A stretch of DNA of 64,000 nucleotides. It comes from Octopus sinensis. Lineage: Eukaryota. Made by a program: the position numbers and the translations under genes. Positions 40,737 through 53,355 of this stretch are shown here, piece after piece; the first letter of the stretch is position 1, and the number at the start of each line of letters is the position of its first letter. The notes under the pieces are model-generated. The model saw only the letters and a program-made list of their open reading frames with translations, ran no database searches and was not told the DNA's origin. The DNA is taken from assembly GCF_006345805.1 (NCBI RefSeq), contig NC_043005.1, positions 82,336,001 through 82,400,000 on the forward strand. Direction: 5' to 3'.

Positions 40737-41001
40737 AACATGTATGTGTACGAAAAAGTATATAGGCTCGTGGCCTTCTGCATAGCGATGTTCGTAAGAA
40801 TTAACATTACATGCATATATATGCACACATATATATATAGAGGTATGCATATATACAAAATGCACACACATACATATACAATGCTAAACACATATGCATC
40901 TATATAAGCATGTGTGTAATATATAATGGTACATAATATATATATATAGATATATATATATATATATACTATATATAAAAACAGATTATTATATATGTGT
41001 A

Positions 41002-41037
<36 letters not shown>

Positions 41038-41055
41038 TATAAAACAGATATTATA

Positions 41056-41099
<44 letters not shown>

Positions 41100-41102
<3 letters not shown>

Positions 41103-41250
41103 TATATAAATACATACTTACATTTATATATATATCATATATAAATACATACTTACATTTATATATATATCATATATAAATACATACTTACATTTATATA
41201 TATATATATCATATATAAATACATACTTACATTTATATATATATATCATA
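41100..41250. repeat. About 38-bp tandem repeat x4
   Basis: ATCATATATAAATACATACTTACATTTATATAT.. is repeated with variable TA length. Confidence 0.85.
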
Positions 41251-41539
41251 TATAAATACATACAGTTATATGGACATACACATACTCTTAAACACGCACA
41301 TGCAGATGCAGTCACATGTATAATTATATTTTGAGACAGGTATTTCTAGCTTGGAGTTTGAAATATGTTGAAAGGTCAATGTTATTATGTTGCAGATAAC
41401 ATCATTGAATAACAAACGTACACATACATATACACTATATGCATATACATACGTATAAGATGCATACTACATAGATACACGCACTCATAAATTACTTAGC
41501 GTATGCATGCATATATATATATATATTATATATATATAG

Positions 41540-41570
<31 letters not shown>

Positions 41571-41752
41571 CATATATATAGATATAATATATACTTCATA
41601 TTATATACATATATATATATATATACATATACTATATATATATATACATATATATATAGTATATACATATATATATAATACTATATATAATACAGATATA
41701 TAATATATATATATATAATATATATATATATACATATATATTGATAGAGAGA

Positions 41753-41852
41753 NNNNNNNNNNNNNNNNNNNNNNNNNNNNNNNNNNNNNNNNNNNNNNNN
41801 NNNNNNNNNNNNNNNNNNNNNNNNNNNNNNNNNNNNNNNNNNNNNNNNNNNN
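41753..41852. other. Assembly gap
   Basis: 100 consecutive N. Confidence 1.
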
Positions 41853-42013
41853 AAATAGGATAAAGATAATGGCCTCCTGTCTATCGACGAATAATAACAC
41901 GTTATGTTATTGGAAGTCTTGAAGTTTAGCAATATTCACATCCACATTGAACCGACACTACATAATATTTGTACCATAAACATCAACATTGACAGGAACC
42001 TCGCATCAAATAG

Positions 42014-42062
<49 letters not shown>

Positions 42063-42641
42063 TTTTTAATATCTTTTAGTTGTCTAGGATGGTCTATGCT
42101 AGACGCATTCGTAGTGAATATAATGTCAGCACTGGAACAATTCACAGACAGTTAAGACACACGTCACGGCTGTAACGCGAAGAAATTAACACTTGCTTCC
42201 AAGTAGTTCCATATTGAATCTTCGATGCTACTGCCAAACATAATGGACCATTGTCTTTTAATGCCATAGTAACCAGTTGATGTGATTCTTGAGAGATAAA
42301 TATTTAGACACGTTTTAGAGGAGGTCATTGTACAAATACATATGTAATCACTGAAACACAGCCATACTATGATGATAACAATGACTTTCGTCCTCCTTTC
42401 GCCCTCCTTGCCTTCATCACACTTTACTATAGTTAGGATCCTTTTTGTTTTTATGTAGTCTTTGGCAAAACTAAAGCCAAATACATCACATGTGTAGAAC
42501 AGCCGGATGAACGCTAGGAGGTGACAATAGTGGATATTCTTTCTGCAAAATGTATATAAAAATTCTCAATTAAAAGGCGTGTGTAATACATCGATTAAAT
42601 AATGAATTGTTTTTATACATAATAATAAATGCATATACATA

Positions 42642-43891
42642 CGAGGGGCATTCAATAAGTAATGCCCCTGACCCACTTCCCATAGCAGTAGAGCAACGAC
42701 ACTTGGCACAGTTATTAGTCTTCTTTTACATAGGAACCATCCAGAGTTATACATTTCTCCCATCGTTTGATGCAGCTCTAGAGACCGTTTTTGTAGAAGA
42801 CCCCAGCTTGGTCCTCCAACCACGACCTGATTTCAGAAATCAAGGCTGCATCATCTGGGAAACGCTTTCCTTTCAAAAACAACTTCATGGCTGGGAAGAG
42901 GGGAAAATCCGAGGGTGCAAGGTCAGGAGAGTAGGAGTTTGGGGGAAGAGTTCATAGCCGCACGCCTGTGCTTCTGATCTGGCGACCATCGAGTTGTGGA
43001 CCGGAGCGCTGTCCTGCAGGAGGAGGATGTCTTTGCTGATCTTGCCCCGCCTCTTGATTTTGATAGCTTCTCTTAATTTCCTCAAAAGTGAAGCATAATA
43101 GGCTCCTGTAATTGTGGTACCTTTTGCCAGGAAATCTTTTATCTCTACTCCAGAAAATTGTCCTCGCCCCAGAAAATTGTGAGCATGACCTTGCCAGCGG
43201 AGGGCTGCACCCTTGTCTTCTTTGGAGGAGGTGAGTCACGGTGTTTCCACTGCATTGACTGGGCTTTGGTCTCTGGATCATCGTGATGGACCCAGGTTTC
43301 ATCCTGTGTAATCAGTCTTTTGAAAAATTTTGACCCATCTTCTTGGCACATCTCCAAATTCATCCTCGAGCACTCGACGCGTTCTTGCTTCTGGAAAGGT
43401 GTGAGCAACATGGGAATCCATCTGGCAGACACCTTTTGCATATGCAAATGGTCATGAATGATAGTTTCCACAGACCCGGTACTAATCTTGACGAATAGTT
43501 ATTTGGCGAATAGTTATGCGTCGATCTCCCAAAATGGCAGCCTCAACTTGACGGACAGATGCCTCATCAATGGCAGAAGGAGGGTGACCATGTTTGAATT
43601 CACGATGCCAGCGCTTTACAAGGTCATATAATGGGGCATCATTATCATAAGTTACTTTCATTTCATCAAAAGTCTCCCGTGGTATGCGTCCTTTCAAATA
43701 CAAAACCCGGATCACTGCTCGACACTCAACAGGCTCTATTTCGCACTTGACTCAGTTCAGAAACCACAATTAGGTCAGAGCTGTAATTTGCTACGTAATC
43801 TATAGAGATATGACTAATTGCACATGCAGAATTTCAGCAAGATCAAACAACAACAAGTGGGTCAGGGGCATTACTTACTGAACGTCCCTCG
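42642..43891 (-). mobile_element. Near full-length defective mariner, copy 2 (same family as 33037-34302)
   Basis: Same TIRs and TA TSDs. WIPMLL, TQDETW and QDSAPVH motifs; start codon mutated to ATA; private indels. Confidence 0.96.
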
Positions 43892-43916
43892 TATGTGTGA
43901 AATGTTTATCTATGTA

Positions 43917-44299
43917 CTAGCAGTATCGCCCGGCGTTGCTCAGGTTTGTAAGGGAAATAACTATAAAGCATTTTTAGAGAGTTATAGCCAAAAAATAGCA
44001 AAAAAATGGAAAACAATGATGGTAATTTTTGTTTTTAGTTAAAAAAGGTGGAGTTGCGTGCCCTAGACAGTTTGCGGTTTGTGTTTCTGATTCTCAACCC
44101 CATGTCGAATTTATCGATTTTTTTCAGAACTGGGGGAACTTTTCAAAATTTTCGCTGCGTTAGTTTTGAATTATGACATTGGGCTATGTGTGTGTAAAGT
44201 TTCATCAGAATCGGTTGAAAGCCGTGGTCAGGATGAGGGTACAAGCAAACAGACACACAGAAACACGCACAGACAAACTGCCGTTTATATAGAGAGAGA
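43917..44299 (-). mobile_element. Non-autonomous Helitron
   Basis: On the minus strand: A|TC 5' end, 3' end GCAACGCCGGGCGATACTGCTAG|T with a GC-rich subterminal hairpin, AT insertion site, no TSD. Confidence 0.8.
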
Positions 44300-44385
44300 T
44301 GAATGTACATCTCTATATTCAGCTTTTGATTGTGTATTTATAAATATATATAATATATTTACATATCAATAACGTTAATAATAAT

Positions 44386-45810
44386 ATGGTAACTATAACT
44401 AATACTAACAATGCTAAACATAAAAATAACTATAAAAAGAGTAAAACTACATATACTACATTAAATATTAAAAATAAGCTAAATAATAGTAAAATAACTT
44501 ATAAATTTAATGAACATCATAAAGATAACCCAAAATCCTATAAATATAATAAATATAAAATGGATAATAATACACCTATAATTAATAATTATATAGATAA
44601 ATATAATAAAATCTGGTTAATAATCCCATTTGCTATAAAAATCAAATATAATTTAGCTAAATCAGTTTTTACGATTATTATTAAACATTTAAATATTAAT
44701 AATAGATATTATGAAATAATCTTTATATATAAAAGTGAAGTTGTGTGTCTGTCTCCTACGATTTAGATTCTTAACTACTCCCACATTTTGCGGTGCAGTT
44801 TAACCAACAGCGGGTATCTTATAGTCGTCATTCATATCGAGCTCTTCTGGGTATTAGCGCGCGTCTACGATGAGTCTACGATTTAAAAAAAAATTACCAT
44901 TATTTTTTCCCATTTTTAATGCATTTTTTTGCTATTATATAATGGAAGTGACTCTCTAAAAATGTATTATTAAATCTCAGAACGTAAAAGCTACAGTAAC
45001 ACCCCCCTTTGTGGTTAGCCATATTGAGATGGCTATTATACTTTACATCTCTAAAAATGCTTATATAGTTATTTCCCTTACAAACCCGAGCAACGCCGGG
45101 CGATACTGCTAGTTAATAATATAAAACTATTGATATTGGATATAGTTTAACCCACAATTTATCGCCTATTATATCTTTCATAAACAATAAGAAACTAGAT
45201 AAATTCTACTTAAATAGAGACGCCTATAATAATAACTACTTTAATTCCCTTGAACTTAGTACACATTCTATTAATTCCAACAACCCTGCTAATTATACGA
45301 ATGCATCTCATAACAACAGAACCCTAAGAACTAACACTATAATAACAAATAACATTCCCTCATCAATTATATATATATAAAAATAATATATTTATAATAA
45401 TTCTGATTATATGATTAGAAATAATTGTTTCTTTAAGAACGTATGGGAAAGAAAAAGCGTAATATATGCACCCTTAAAACTTTAGAAAAAATATTATTAT
45501 TTTGGGATTACTGTAAATAAACTGAAAAAGCTTATTTCTAGGCACCTATACACATTTAGACGTAAATATAAATCTAACTCGATAAGACTAAGTAAATTTA
45601 TCTGGGAGCTTAAGCATAATAATATCAATTTTAATATTCAATGGAATATAATAGCTTCACCACCTTCTAAAATTAATAATAAAAATGTGTTCTTTGTTTA
45701 ACTGAGAAATCTTTTATTCTTACTGCTAAATACCGCCTACTTAACCTTAGAGACGAAAATATTTTCTTGTTTACATGTGGGAAAATATGAATTTTCTAAA
45801 TATAAATTTC
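44386..45810 (+). pseudogene. Penelope-like element remnant: RT-EN linker + GIY-YIG endonuclease, split by a Helitron
   Basis: NKIWLIIPFAIKIKYNLAKSVFTIIIKHL..YEII|..TIDIGYSLTHNLSPIISFINNKKL, then VIYA..YYFGITVNKLKKLISRHLYTFRRKYKSNSIRLSKFIWELK..IQWNII..CSL.LTEKSFIL..LLNLRDE. Confidence 0.85.
44720..45112 (+). mobile_element. Non-autonomous Helitron inserted in the Penelope-like ORF
   Basis: A|TCTTTATATATAAAAG 5' end and GCAACGCCGGGCGATACTGCTAG|T 3' end. The last about 65 bp are shared with 43917-44299. Confidence 0.85.
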
Positions 45811-46454
45811 TAACAATAACCCAATTACTTCTCTCAATTCCGTAGTTGCATACTTTAACCCATAACCCGAGCATTACATTTATTTGATACATTATTGAGA
45901 AATTCGACTATTTATTAAAGCGTCCACTTAGTATATTAATAATATTATACTTCGAGATCATAGCTATAGCTTTATATCTATATTAAAAGGAATATACTTT
46001 CTATTAATATGCATTGGAAAAACACTTCAATTACTTAAATTGAAACACCCGTATATTCTATATAGTTTTCTTTTTTCTAATACAATTTTTATCCAATTTC
46101 AATAGTAGTAATCACTAATTTTAATTACCAATACCCATTTGCATCCCCCTTTATTTATTAATACTAATTATATACATCCATCCCTCCATCTTCTGAAATA
46201 ATATATACTTAATATATACTTCCTCCCCCCAACTTATCATTATTATGTTGCCTTACTATTCTTCACCTAACTATTATAACTTATTAACCCAATATTTTTA
46301 GATATATTCATTTTTCTAAACCTTCTAAATTTTTAAGTTTTTTTATATAAACATCATATCTATATATTTTTTATACACTTTGTATGTATATATGGGCGTA
46401 CACTTATGTGTGAGTATATATATATTATGGGAGGGTATGTATACACACACACAC

Positions 46455-46493
<39 letters not shown>

Positions 46494-46504
46494 TAATAAT
46501 AATA

Positions 46505-46545
<41 letters not shown>

Positions 46546-46619
46546 AGTAACAAGAAAAGAATAAGCCCTCGATATTAGATAGATTGAGGATTATTTATAT
46601 ATATAAAAAATTTGTCATT

Positions 46620-46678
46620 ATAATACTCGAAGTTTCGAATGTTGGAGCGAACAGCTATGTTACATTCTCGTCAGCTAT
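46620..46678 (-). ncRNA. Type I hammerhead ribozyme with intact catalytic core
   Basis: ATAG-CTGACGA-GAATGT(19 nt)ACATTC-GAA-ACT(TCG)AGT-A-TTAT: 6-bp stem II, 3-bp stem III, triplet GTA, 4-bp stem I including one G.U pair. Confidence 0.75.
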
Positions 46679-47098
46679 TAATAGCAATATATTCCTACTT
46701 CACTAAGCTCAAATAACTGTCCTCAATTAACTATCAAATAACTAGCTACACTTACGCTGGACCAATAGTTTTTTTCATATACAAAGCGTTGTATCCACAA
46801 ATACAAATTTATTAAAATTTTTGTCTTCGATACGAGATCGACTCCTTGTTCTCGTATTGTATACGTAACATATTAACTTCATTCACTCATTTTATTTATT
46901 TATTCATTTATTTTACCGTTACCTGATTTTCTAAATGTATAGAAACACTATTTCTTTTAAGACAAATGACCAATAGAATTTCTTTAACTTAAATGATGAA
47001 TACAAAATATACTTTGTAGGGGCGTTAGTTTTCTTGTCAAAATAAGTAGGTATTTTTAATAGATTATTTAATAATCCACAATTACTTATCATCATATA

Positions 47099-47308
47099 CG
47101 GAATTTAAACTCATAACATAGCAGCAGAAGAAATACCTATTTCTTTACTACTTACAAGGGGCTAAACACAGAGGGGACAAACAAGAACAGACAAACGTAA
47201 CATGCGTAACTGGTACTTAATTTATCGACCCCGAAAGGATGAAAGGCAGACGAAATACCACAAAGCATTTCGTCCAGCGTGCTAACGTTTCTGCCAACTC
47301 ACCGCCTT
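47099..47308 (-). mobile_element. Family A SINE with internal deletions and partial second body
   Basis: Head at the right. The same GAAATAG|GTATTTC junction is followed by about 40 nt of a second unit. Confidence 0.8.
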
Positions 47309-47789
47309 AGTCGTTATATTCATATTAAAATCAATATTTATGTTCACGATTGCTCATGTTGAACGAACTGATTGTATCTACTGAATTATCGATAATACCA
47401 TAAATTCCAGTCTTTGATTTAACATATGCACCGTCTCACACACATATTTGTGTATCTACATGTATGCGTGCATACACACACAGACATAAACGCACACAAG
47501 CACTTATATATGTATATACACGGACAAATTAGAGACACACACACGTACATAAATATGTGGTTGTATGCCTGTGCTCCCACTACCGCTTGAGAACCGGTGC
47601 TGCTGTGATTTTATGTCAGCGTAAGGTACTTGTTCGGTAAAAGACAAAAAGATGTCAATAGAATAAGTACCGGGGGTACTAAGAATAAGTACTGTGGGGA
47701 TGATTCGTTTAACTATAATTGTACGAGGCGTCGTCCCTGCATGGCCGCAGTCTAATGACTACAAGAAGTAAAAGATACATGGACATAAA

Positions 47790-47822
<33 letters not shown>

Positions 47823-47850
47823 GTTTGTGTGTGTGTGTGTGTGTGTGTGT

Positions 47851-47972
47851 GAAGGCGCATGGCTCGGTGGATAGAGCGTCGAGCTTATGATGATGAAGTC
47901 GTGAGTTCGATTCCCGTACCGGTCTGCATGTTTTGTTTTGAGCAAGACACTTTATTTCACGTTGCTCCAGTT
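47851..47972 (+). mobile_element. tRNA-derived SINE head (family B)
   Basis: TGGCTCGGTGG A-box, GAGTTCGATTCC B-box, then TTGAGCAAGACACTT. Confidence 0.75.
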
Positions 47973-48978
47973 TACATATATATATATATATAAAGACATA
48001 CACCTTGCTACAAACTGGACCGAACATTGTTACTCCTGCAGAACTCTTACACATAAACACCACGCTCAGGTAGCGCTGACTTGATAATATCCAAAAACGA
48101 TAATTGCAACATTTGATAATTTGATGAGTTTCGCGTTAAACTGTTAACATGCATAAACCGAACGTAAATGCCTCACGAAATTCAAACACTAATTCAAATT
48201 TGAACGTTCTGCTTAGATTCATTTAAAACTATTCATTTGACATGAAATAAAGCATTTAAGGAATTAGTTCATCAATGTTTCTCATCTACGGAGATAATGA
48301 CTGAACATAAATGATGGATTTTCATCATTTATCCAAACGATTAATCAAAGTACCATTGGAAAATGAGCGCTTAATTCACAAGTTAATTAACTGCAAGGAA
48401 ATCTTAAATAGAAGGCAATTTAAATCATTGAACTATGTTTATTAATAGGTTTTCATAATCAGGTAAATTTAGTTTATCAGGAAAAAGTGAATGAGTTTGT
48501 GTAAAATATAGTGTGTAAATAAAAACCCGCGATTCGTCAACTGTTAGTCAATTCATATCCACATTGCAACGATATTTTTATTTTCAAAACAGATCGCATT
48601 TGAATATAGATATTTCTGGTAAATGAGAAAAAATGTCAATTAAAATATGAACATTTAAATATTCATTTCATCAATGTAGGTAGACCAATGTCCATTGTTC
48701 AGTAGAATTAGAAATAAAGAGGAACTAATATTTTGATGATTTTTCACTCAGCTAATGAGGATTTGATAAAACATTTGTTCATATTTCTTTCATATTACGT
48801 TGCTCCAAAATGGATATCAGCCAACCGCCGGTGCAGCTTTCGTGATTTTTCCACCTGTGGTATTCTCTATCAAAAGCGGAATAGTCAAGAATATGTCTAT
48901 ATCTACTCACGGCTACATAGCATTTATATGTATCTAAAGCAATTACTGGAATAATTGTACAAGATACATCATACTCAC

Positions 48979-49050
48979 CTAAGCATTTTTCTATAGTTCC
49001 TCTATCAACCAAACTTTCTCTTGAATTAAAATTCCTATAACACCAGAAAC
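48979..49050 (-). CDS. Candidate 72-nt phase 1-1 exon (GFWCYRNFNSRESLVDRGTIEKCL)
   Basis: Acceptor TTTGTCAATCCACATTTAG, strong donor TAG|GTGAGT, open frame. No homology recognised. Confidence 0.3.
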
Positions 49051-49172
49051 CTAAATGTGGATTGACAAATATTATTTTTTTTTCATTTACGGGAATATTT
49101 AGCGCTCAGGCATTTAAAGGTTGTTTCCTATAGAAATGGATATTGATGCTACTTTTCTCGCTTACTTTTATA

Positions 49173-49398
49173 TATTTCTTTACTACCCACAAGGGGCTAA
49201 ACACAGAGGGGACAAACAAGGACAAACAATCGGATTAAGTCGATTACATCGACCCCAGTGCGTAACTGGTACTTAATTTATCGACCCTGAAAAGATGAAA
49301 GGCAACATCGACCTCGGCGGAATTTGAACTCAGAAAGCAGACGAAATACGGCTACGCATTTCGCCCGGTGTGCTAACGTTTCTGCCAGCTCGCCGCCT
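49173..49398 (-). mobile_element. Full-length family A SINE monomer
   Basis: Head+body with a perfect 20-bp TSD TTTTCTCGCTTACTTTTATA at 49153-49172 and 49399-49418. Confidence 0.95.
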
Positions 49399-50505
49399 TT
49401 TTCTCGCTTACTTTTATAAGCAATATTTGATACTATGCTGTTATTCAATGTTACCTGTACTCATTATATGCGTATGTGTAATCACTAGCTTACATTTAAA
49501 TAATGCAGCACTTATTATCTGAATCGTTTTCTAACATCCGTGCAAGGCTATATTTTTTTCTATGAAAGTGGACAATCGATTAAATGGCATCAAATACAAG
49601 TCCGTAAATTAATTCATAAACTTCCGGGAGGATAAACAATAAAGACAAACCTTTAGACATTGCAATACAGAACTTCAAGTAATGGTACTAAATATTTGAA
49701 TGCCCGATGTCTGCTATAAAGCCACCATTATGATGCTAATCTACATTGAAAACAACTAATTCACGTTCGATTTGCCATTATTGTTTATGTGACAGTGGCT
49801 CGAACCGTTGACAACTTTTAATTGTTAATTGTAATGTTTAATGAATGGTTTATATGGAATCTGAAAGGATATTTTTCTGATAAAAATGGTATATCATACA
49901 ATGCATTACCAACACCATTCGCTATATTCAGATTAGATTTTGTTGTTAACTTAACCGGACAGGTCCACTATACTCCAGTTTTCAAAATCCCATCTTTTAT
50001 TCAAACAATCCTAAAATTACTTCAAGCAATTATTATTTTTTTTTATTTGAGGAAGGTGAAGTGTAATTTAAGTCAATTTAGATGCATTTTGGATGTTCCA
50101 GTAATAAGACAATCTTTTTCATTTGCCTGACCCCAGCACTGAAGAATAAAGAGATATATAGTGAATATAGTATGTTGCAATGAATGAAGAACAAGTTTTG
50201 CATACATCTCGGAAAATTGATTTCTTGTTTTTTTGCTAGAAATGTTCGTTTTAAGAAAATAAATTAAGGTCAGTATTGGAATCTGTGTGCTGGAAGTCGT
50301 ATTATAAATAGCAACGTTCATTTACACACACAGATACGCACACACATACACACATAAAATGCGTCATAATGCTGTGTTTTCTCGCAGACGGTGCCTAACT
50401 GACCCTACCATACTATGTAGTCGACAAAATAAAAAAAAACAACAATGCGTTAAATTAAAAGTATAAAATGGTGACAATTTACCCATCGCACCATAATATA
50501 TATAT

Positions 50506-50545
<40 letters not shown>

Positions 50546-50551
50546 ATCGCA

Positions 50552-50592
<41 letters not shown>

Positions 50593-51614
50593 GATACACA
50601 TAAACACATGTGCATACATAGACATACGCATGACGAGATTATGCGTTGCTGTAATATTACTGCAGGCTTTAGTCTCCCGTTAGCTGCGCAACATAATTAG
50701 GAATGTGTTTCCCGATGAATAGCCCATAGACATATTTTGGTTTTGTATGCAAATAATGCTCGTTAGTGAAGAGATAATTTATGTCAATCAATACTTTTGA
50801 CGCTTAAAACAGAGAAAAAGACTATAAACTGCAGTACTTTTCCTTCATTTCAAAACCACTTGTCTGCTTTCTTCTGATATATAATATTTTTTAGCTAGGC
50901 AACATGTATCTGTAACCGAGTTGGATAAGTACATAACGTCATAAAATATTCGTGGTAAGGAAATTATTTTTTGCTTTTCTCCATAAAATAAAGCATCCTC
51001 GATTCTCCTTTTTATAATTTATTTGTTTATTGCTTTTCACTCACGTAACGTGAACGGCAATTAACGTGAATATTTTTCCCTATTTACTCTCTTTTATATT
51101 CACTTCGCATAATTAAATTTCAGACATAATGATGTTAATAATAAAATCGATTGCGACTTTGAATTTTTCAGCAAAATTATTTCAGCAAATAGTGTTGAGG
51201 CACATTTTTGAAAACAATGATAGCGACAACAACGACGTCAACTCTATCACCACCACTACCAACGATAACTACAACGGCAATAACATAATTCCATATTTTG
51301 ACAGTATCATTTAATTCTTTCATTATAAAAGAGATAATTCAGTATGTAGGTTTCTCTCCCTATGTCTATATTTTTCGAAAAAAAGAAGAGAAAATATTTT
51401 GCAGATCGAAGCAAAAGTACATTTTTCGGAGTACTTCAGATAATTTATACAAATATGCATATTTAAAGTTAAAAGATTAGACAATTTTTTTTCAGATAGT
51501 AGAACAGTGTATAGTCCACTATTTTATGCATCTAAAATTTTAGTTTCCTGCCTGAAGAAACTGTGCTCAAACAACATGGTAGATTACATGTGCATTGAAT
51601 ATATATATATATAC

Positions 51615-51656
<42 letters not shown>

Positions 51657-51659
51657 ATA

Positions 51660-51700
<41 letters not shown>

Positions 51701-51706
<6 letters not shown>

Positions 51707-51810
51707 GATAATTTACAAGATAAAGGCAAAAGAAAAATTCTAATGCCAAATATGCCGAAAAAAGACCATTAGAAGTTTTCTTTTGCCCTTTCTTGTAAAT
51801 TATTTATATA
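51701..51810. repeat. About 45-bp-arm inverted repeat
   Basis: 51701-51745 pairs with 51767-51810 with a few mismatches and a 21-nt loop. Confidence 0.8.
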
Positions 51811-51889
51811 TTTAACCTTTAAAGGTATTTTTTGATAAGCTGGCCATTGATAAAAATTTTCCCGAAAAAAATGTTGTGCTACATTAGTT

Positions 51890-51929
<40 letters not shown>

Positions 51930-51930
<1 letters not shown>

Positions 51931-52150
51931 AGATCAAAGAGGAAAAGGAGCCATCAACTTTAAACGGAGTCTGGATAGATCCCTTCAAGGAATACCAGAT
52001 AAGGCACCCATAATTGGATACACTCACCCAACAAAAACTCACTACTTGAATAGACCATAAACAAACTTGATTTAAACAGGATTTAGATAATCCTATCAGG
52101 TGGTGCTATTAAGTTAGGACATGGCCTGGACCAATCTTTGGTCGAAACAT
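51930..52150 (+). mobile_element. 5'-truncated LINE 3' end (CR1/L2/Jockey-like)
   Basis: FKRSLDRSLQGIPDKAPIIGY resembles a LINE ORF2 C-terminus. It is followed by a short 3' UTR with a GACC/GGTC stem-loop and lies in (TA)n. Confidence 0.55.
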
Positions 52151-52183
52151 ATCTAAGTTTTTATATATATTAATATATATTAT

Positions 52184-52219
<36 letters not shown>

Positions 52220-52589
52220 ATATACGACCCCGTGTAATGGACGGTGCTGAGTTGTCAAACATTTAAACCAAATGTTCACAAAACAACTTATCCGACCGTC
52301 CATAGGCCTCCCTTTAAAAAACAATGATTTAACCTAAATTTTAGACACCGGCAAATGAAGAAAGAAATATAAACTTTTTTTCTATTCCAAAGAAAAACAA
52401 TTTTATTCGCTTTATCGATCGCATTCCAACTTGGAATCGATTTTTGTAATTTTATGAAGATACCGTCGGTATCTATATATCAAATTCCAGCGCAATCGGA
52501 TGGAGGATGTCCCAGATCCTAGAAGACACACACACACACAGAGACTTACAGAACGGATTCTATGTAATTATATATATATATATACACGT

Positions 52590-52823
52590 AAGGCGGGGCG
52601 CTGGCAGAATCGTTAGCACGCCGGGCGAAATGCTTAGCAGTATTTCGTCTGTCGCTACGTTGTGAGTTCAAATTCCGCCGAGGTCGACTTTGCCTTTCAT
52701 CCTTTCGAGGTCGATTAAATAAGTATCAGTTACGCACTGGGGTCGATATAATCGAGTTAATCCATTTTTCTGTCCTTGTTTATTCTCTCTGTGTTTAGCC
52801 CCTTGAGGGTAGTAAAGAAATAG
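52590..52823 (+). mobile_element. Full-length family A SINE monomer
   Basis: A- and B-box head. 12-bp TSD TATATATACACG at 52577-52588 and 52825-52836. Confidence 0.93.
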
Positions 52824-53355
52824 ATATATATACACGCACACTCACACACACACACATACATATGCACATATATATATATATAGACGTACATATACGCAAA
52901 ACAAAACTGTTATCAAGCGGACGTGGGACACAAACGCAAAGAAACGCACTAACTCACACACACTGCCACATGCACATATATAAGTTTATGACGGGCCTTT
53001 TTTCAGTTTCCGTCTTGTAAATATAATCCTAAAGATAAGTATCTTCTCACACAGCCATGCCAGTGCCAATAAATCTATATGTGGTAAAGGTGTCAATCGA
53101 ACACGCTACTCCATTCATCTTGAAGCCATATCAAGTTACATTTATAAACAATTTGACATTAAACTGAAGGATTACTAAATATTTTTTAGCAGCTTGCTTA
53201 TATATTTACATATACTAGGAAAGGTTAACACTAACTTCGTTGTTTCAGCTTGTTCAGATTCTCTTGTGTCGGCAAGGCAGTCGGCTCTTCCAAATCTTGG
53301 TCAGCCTCCCCCTTCTAAAAGTTAATGCATAGGTACTCAGGTATGTAAATAAATA

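Noticed and set aside
32900-44000. The two mariners as a haplotype or assembly duplication across the N gap
   Set aside because: The flanking sequences on both sides differ completely and each copy has private indels.
43917-45112. Apparent 1.2-kb TIR element capturing a PLE fragment
   Set aside because: Each half has its own Helitron TC and CTAG ends at AT sites, and the PLE frame continues across the right-hand element.
44340-46350. Strand-skewed AT-rich block that first looked like a mitochondrial insertion (NUMT)
   Set aside because: Minus-strand frames have stops under the invertebrate mitochondrial code, while the plus strand gives recognisable Penelope-like linker and GIY-YIG motifs.
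52110-52150. GACC-loop-GGTC-GAAAC as a hammerhead 3' half
   Set aside because: No CTGANGA upstream; better explained as a LINE 3' UTR stem-loop.
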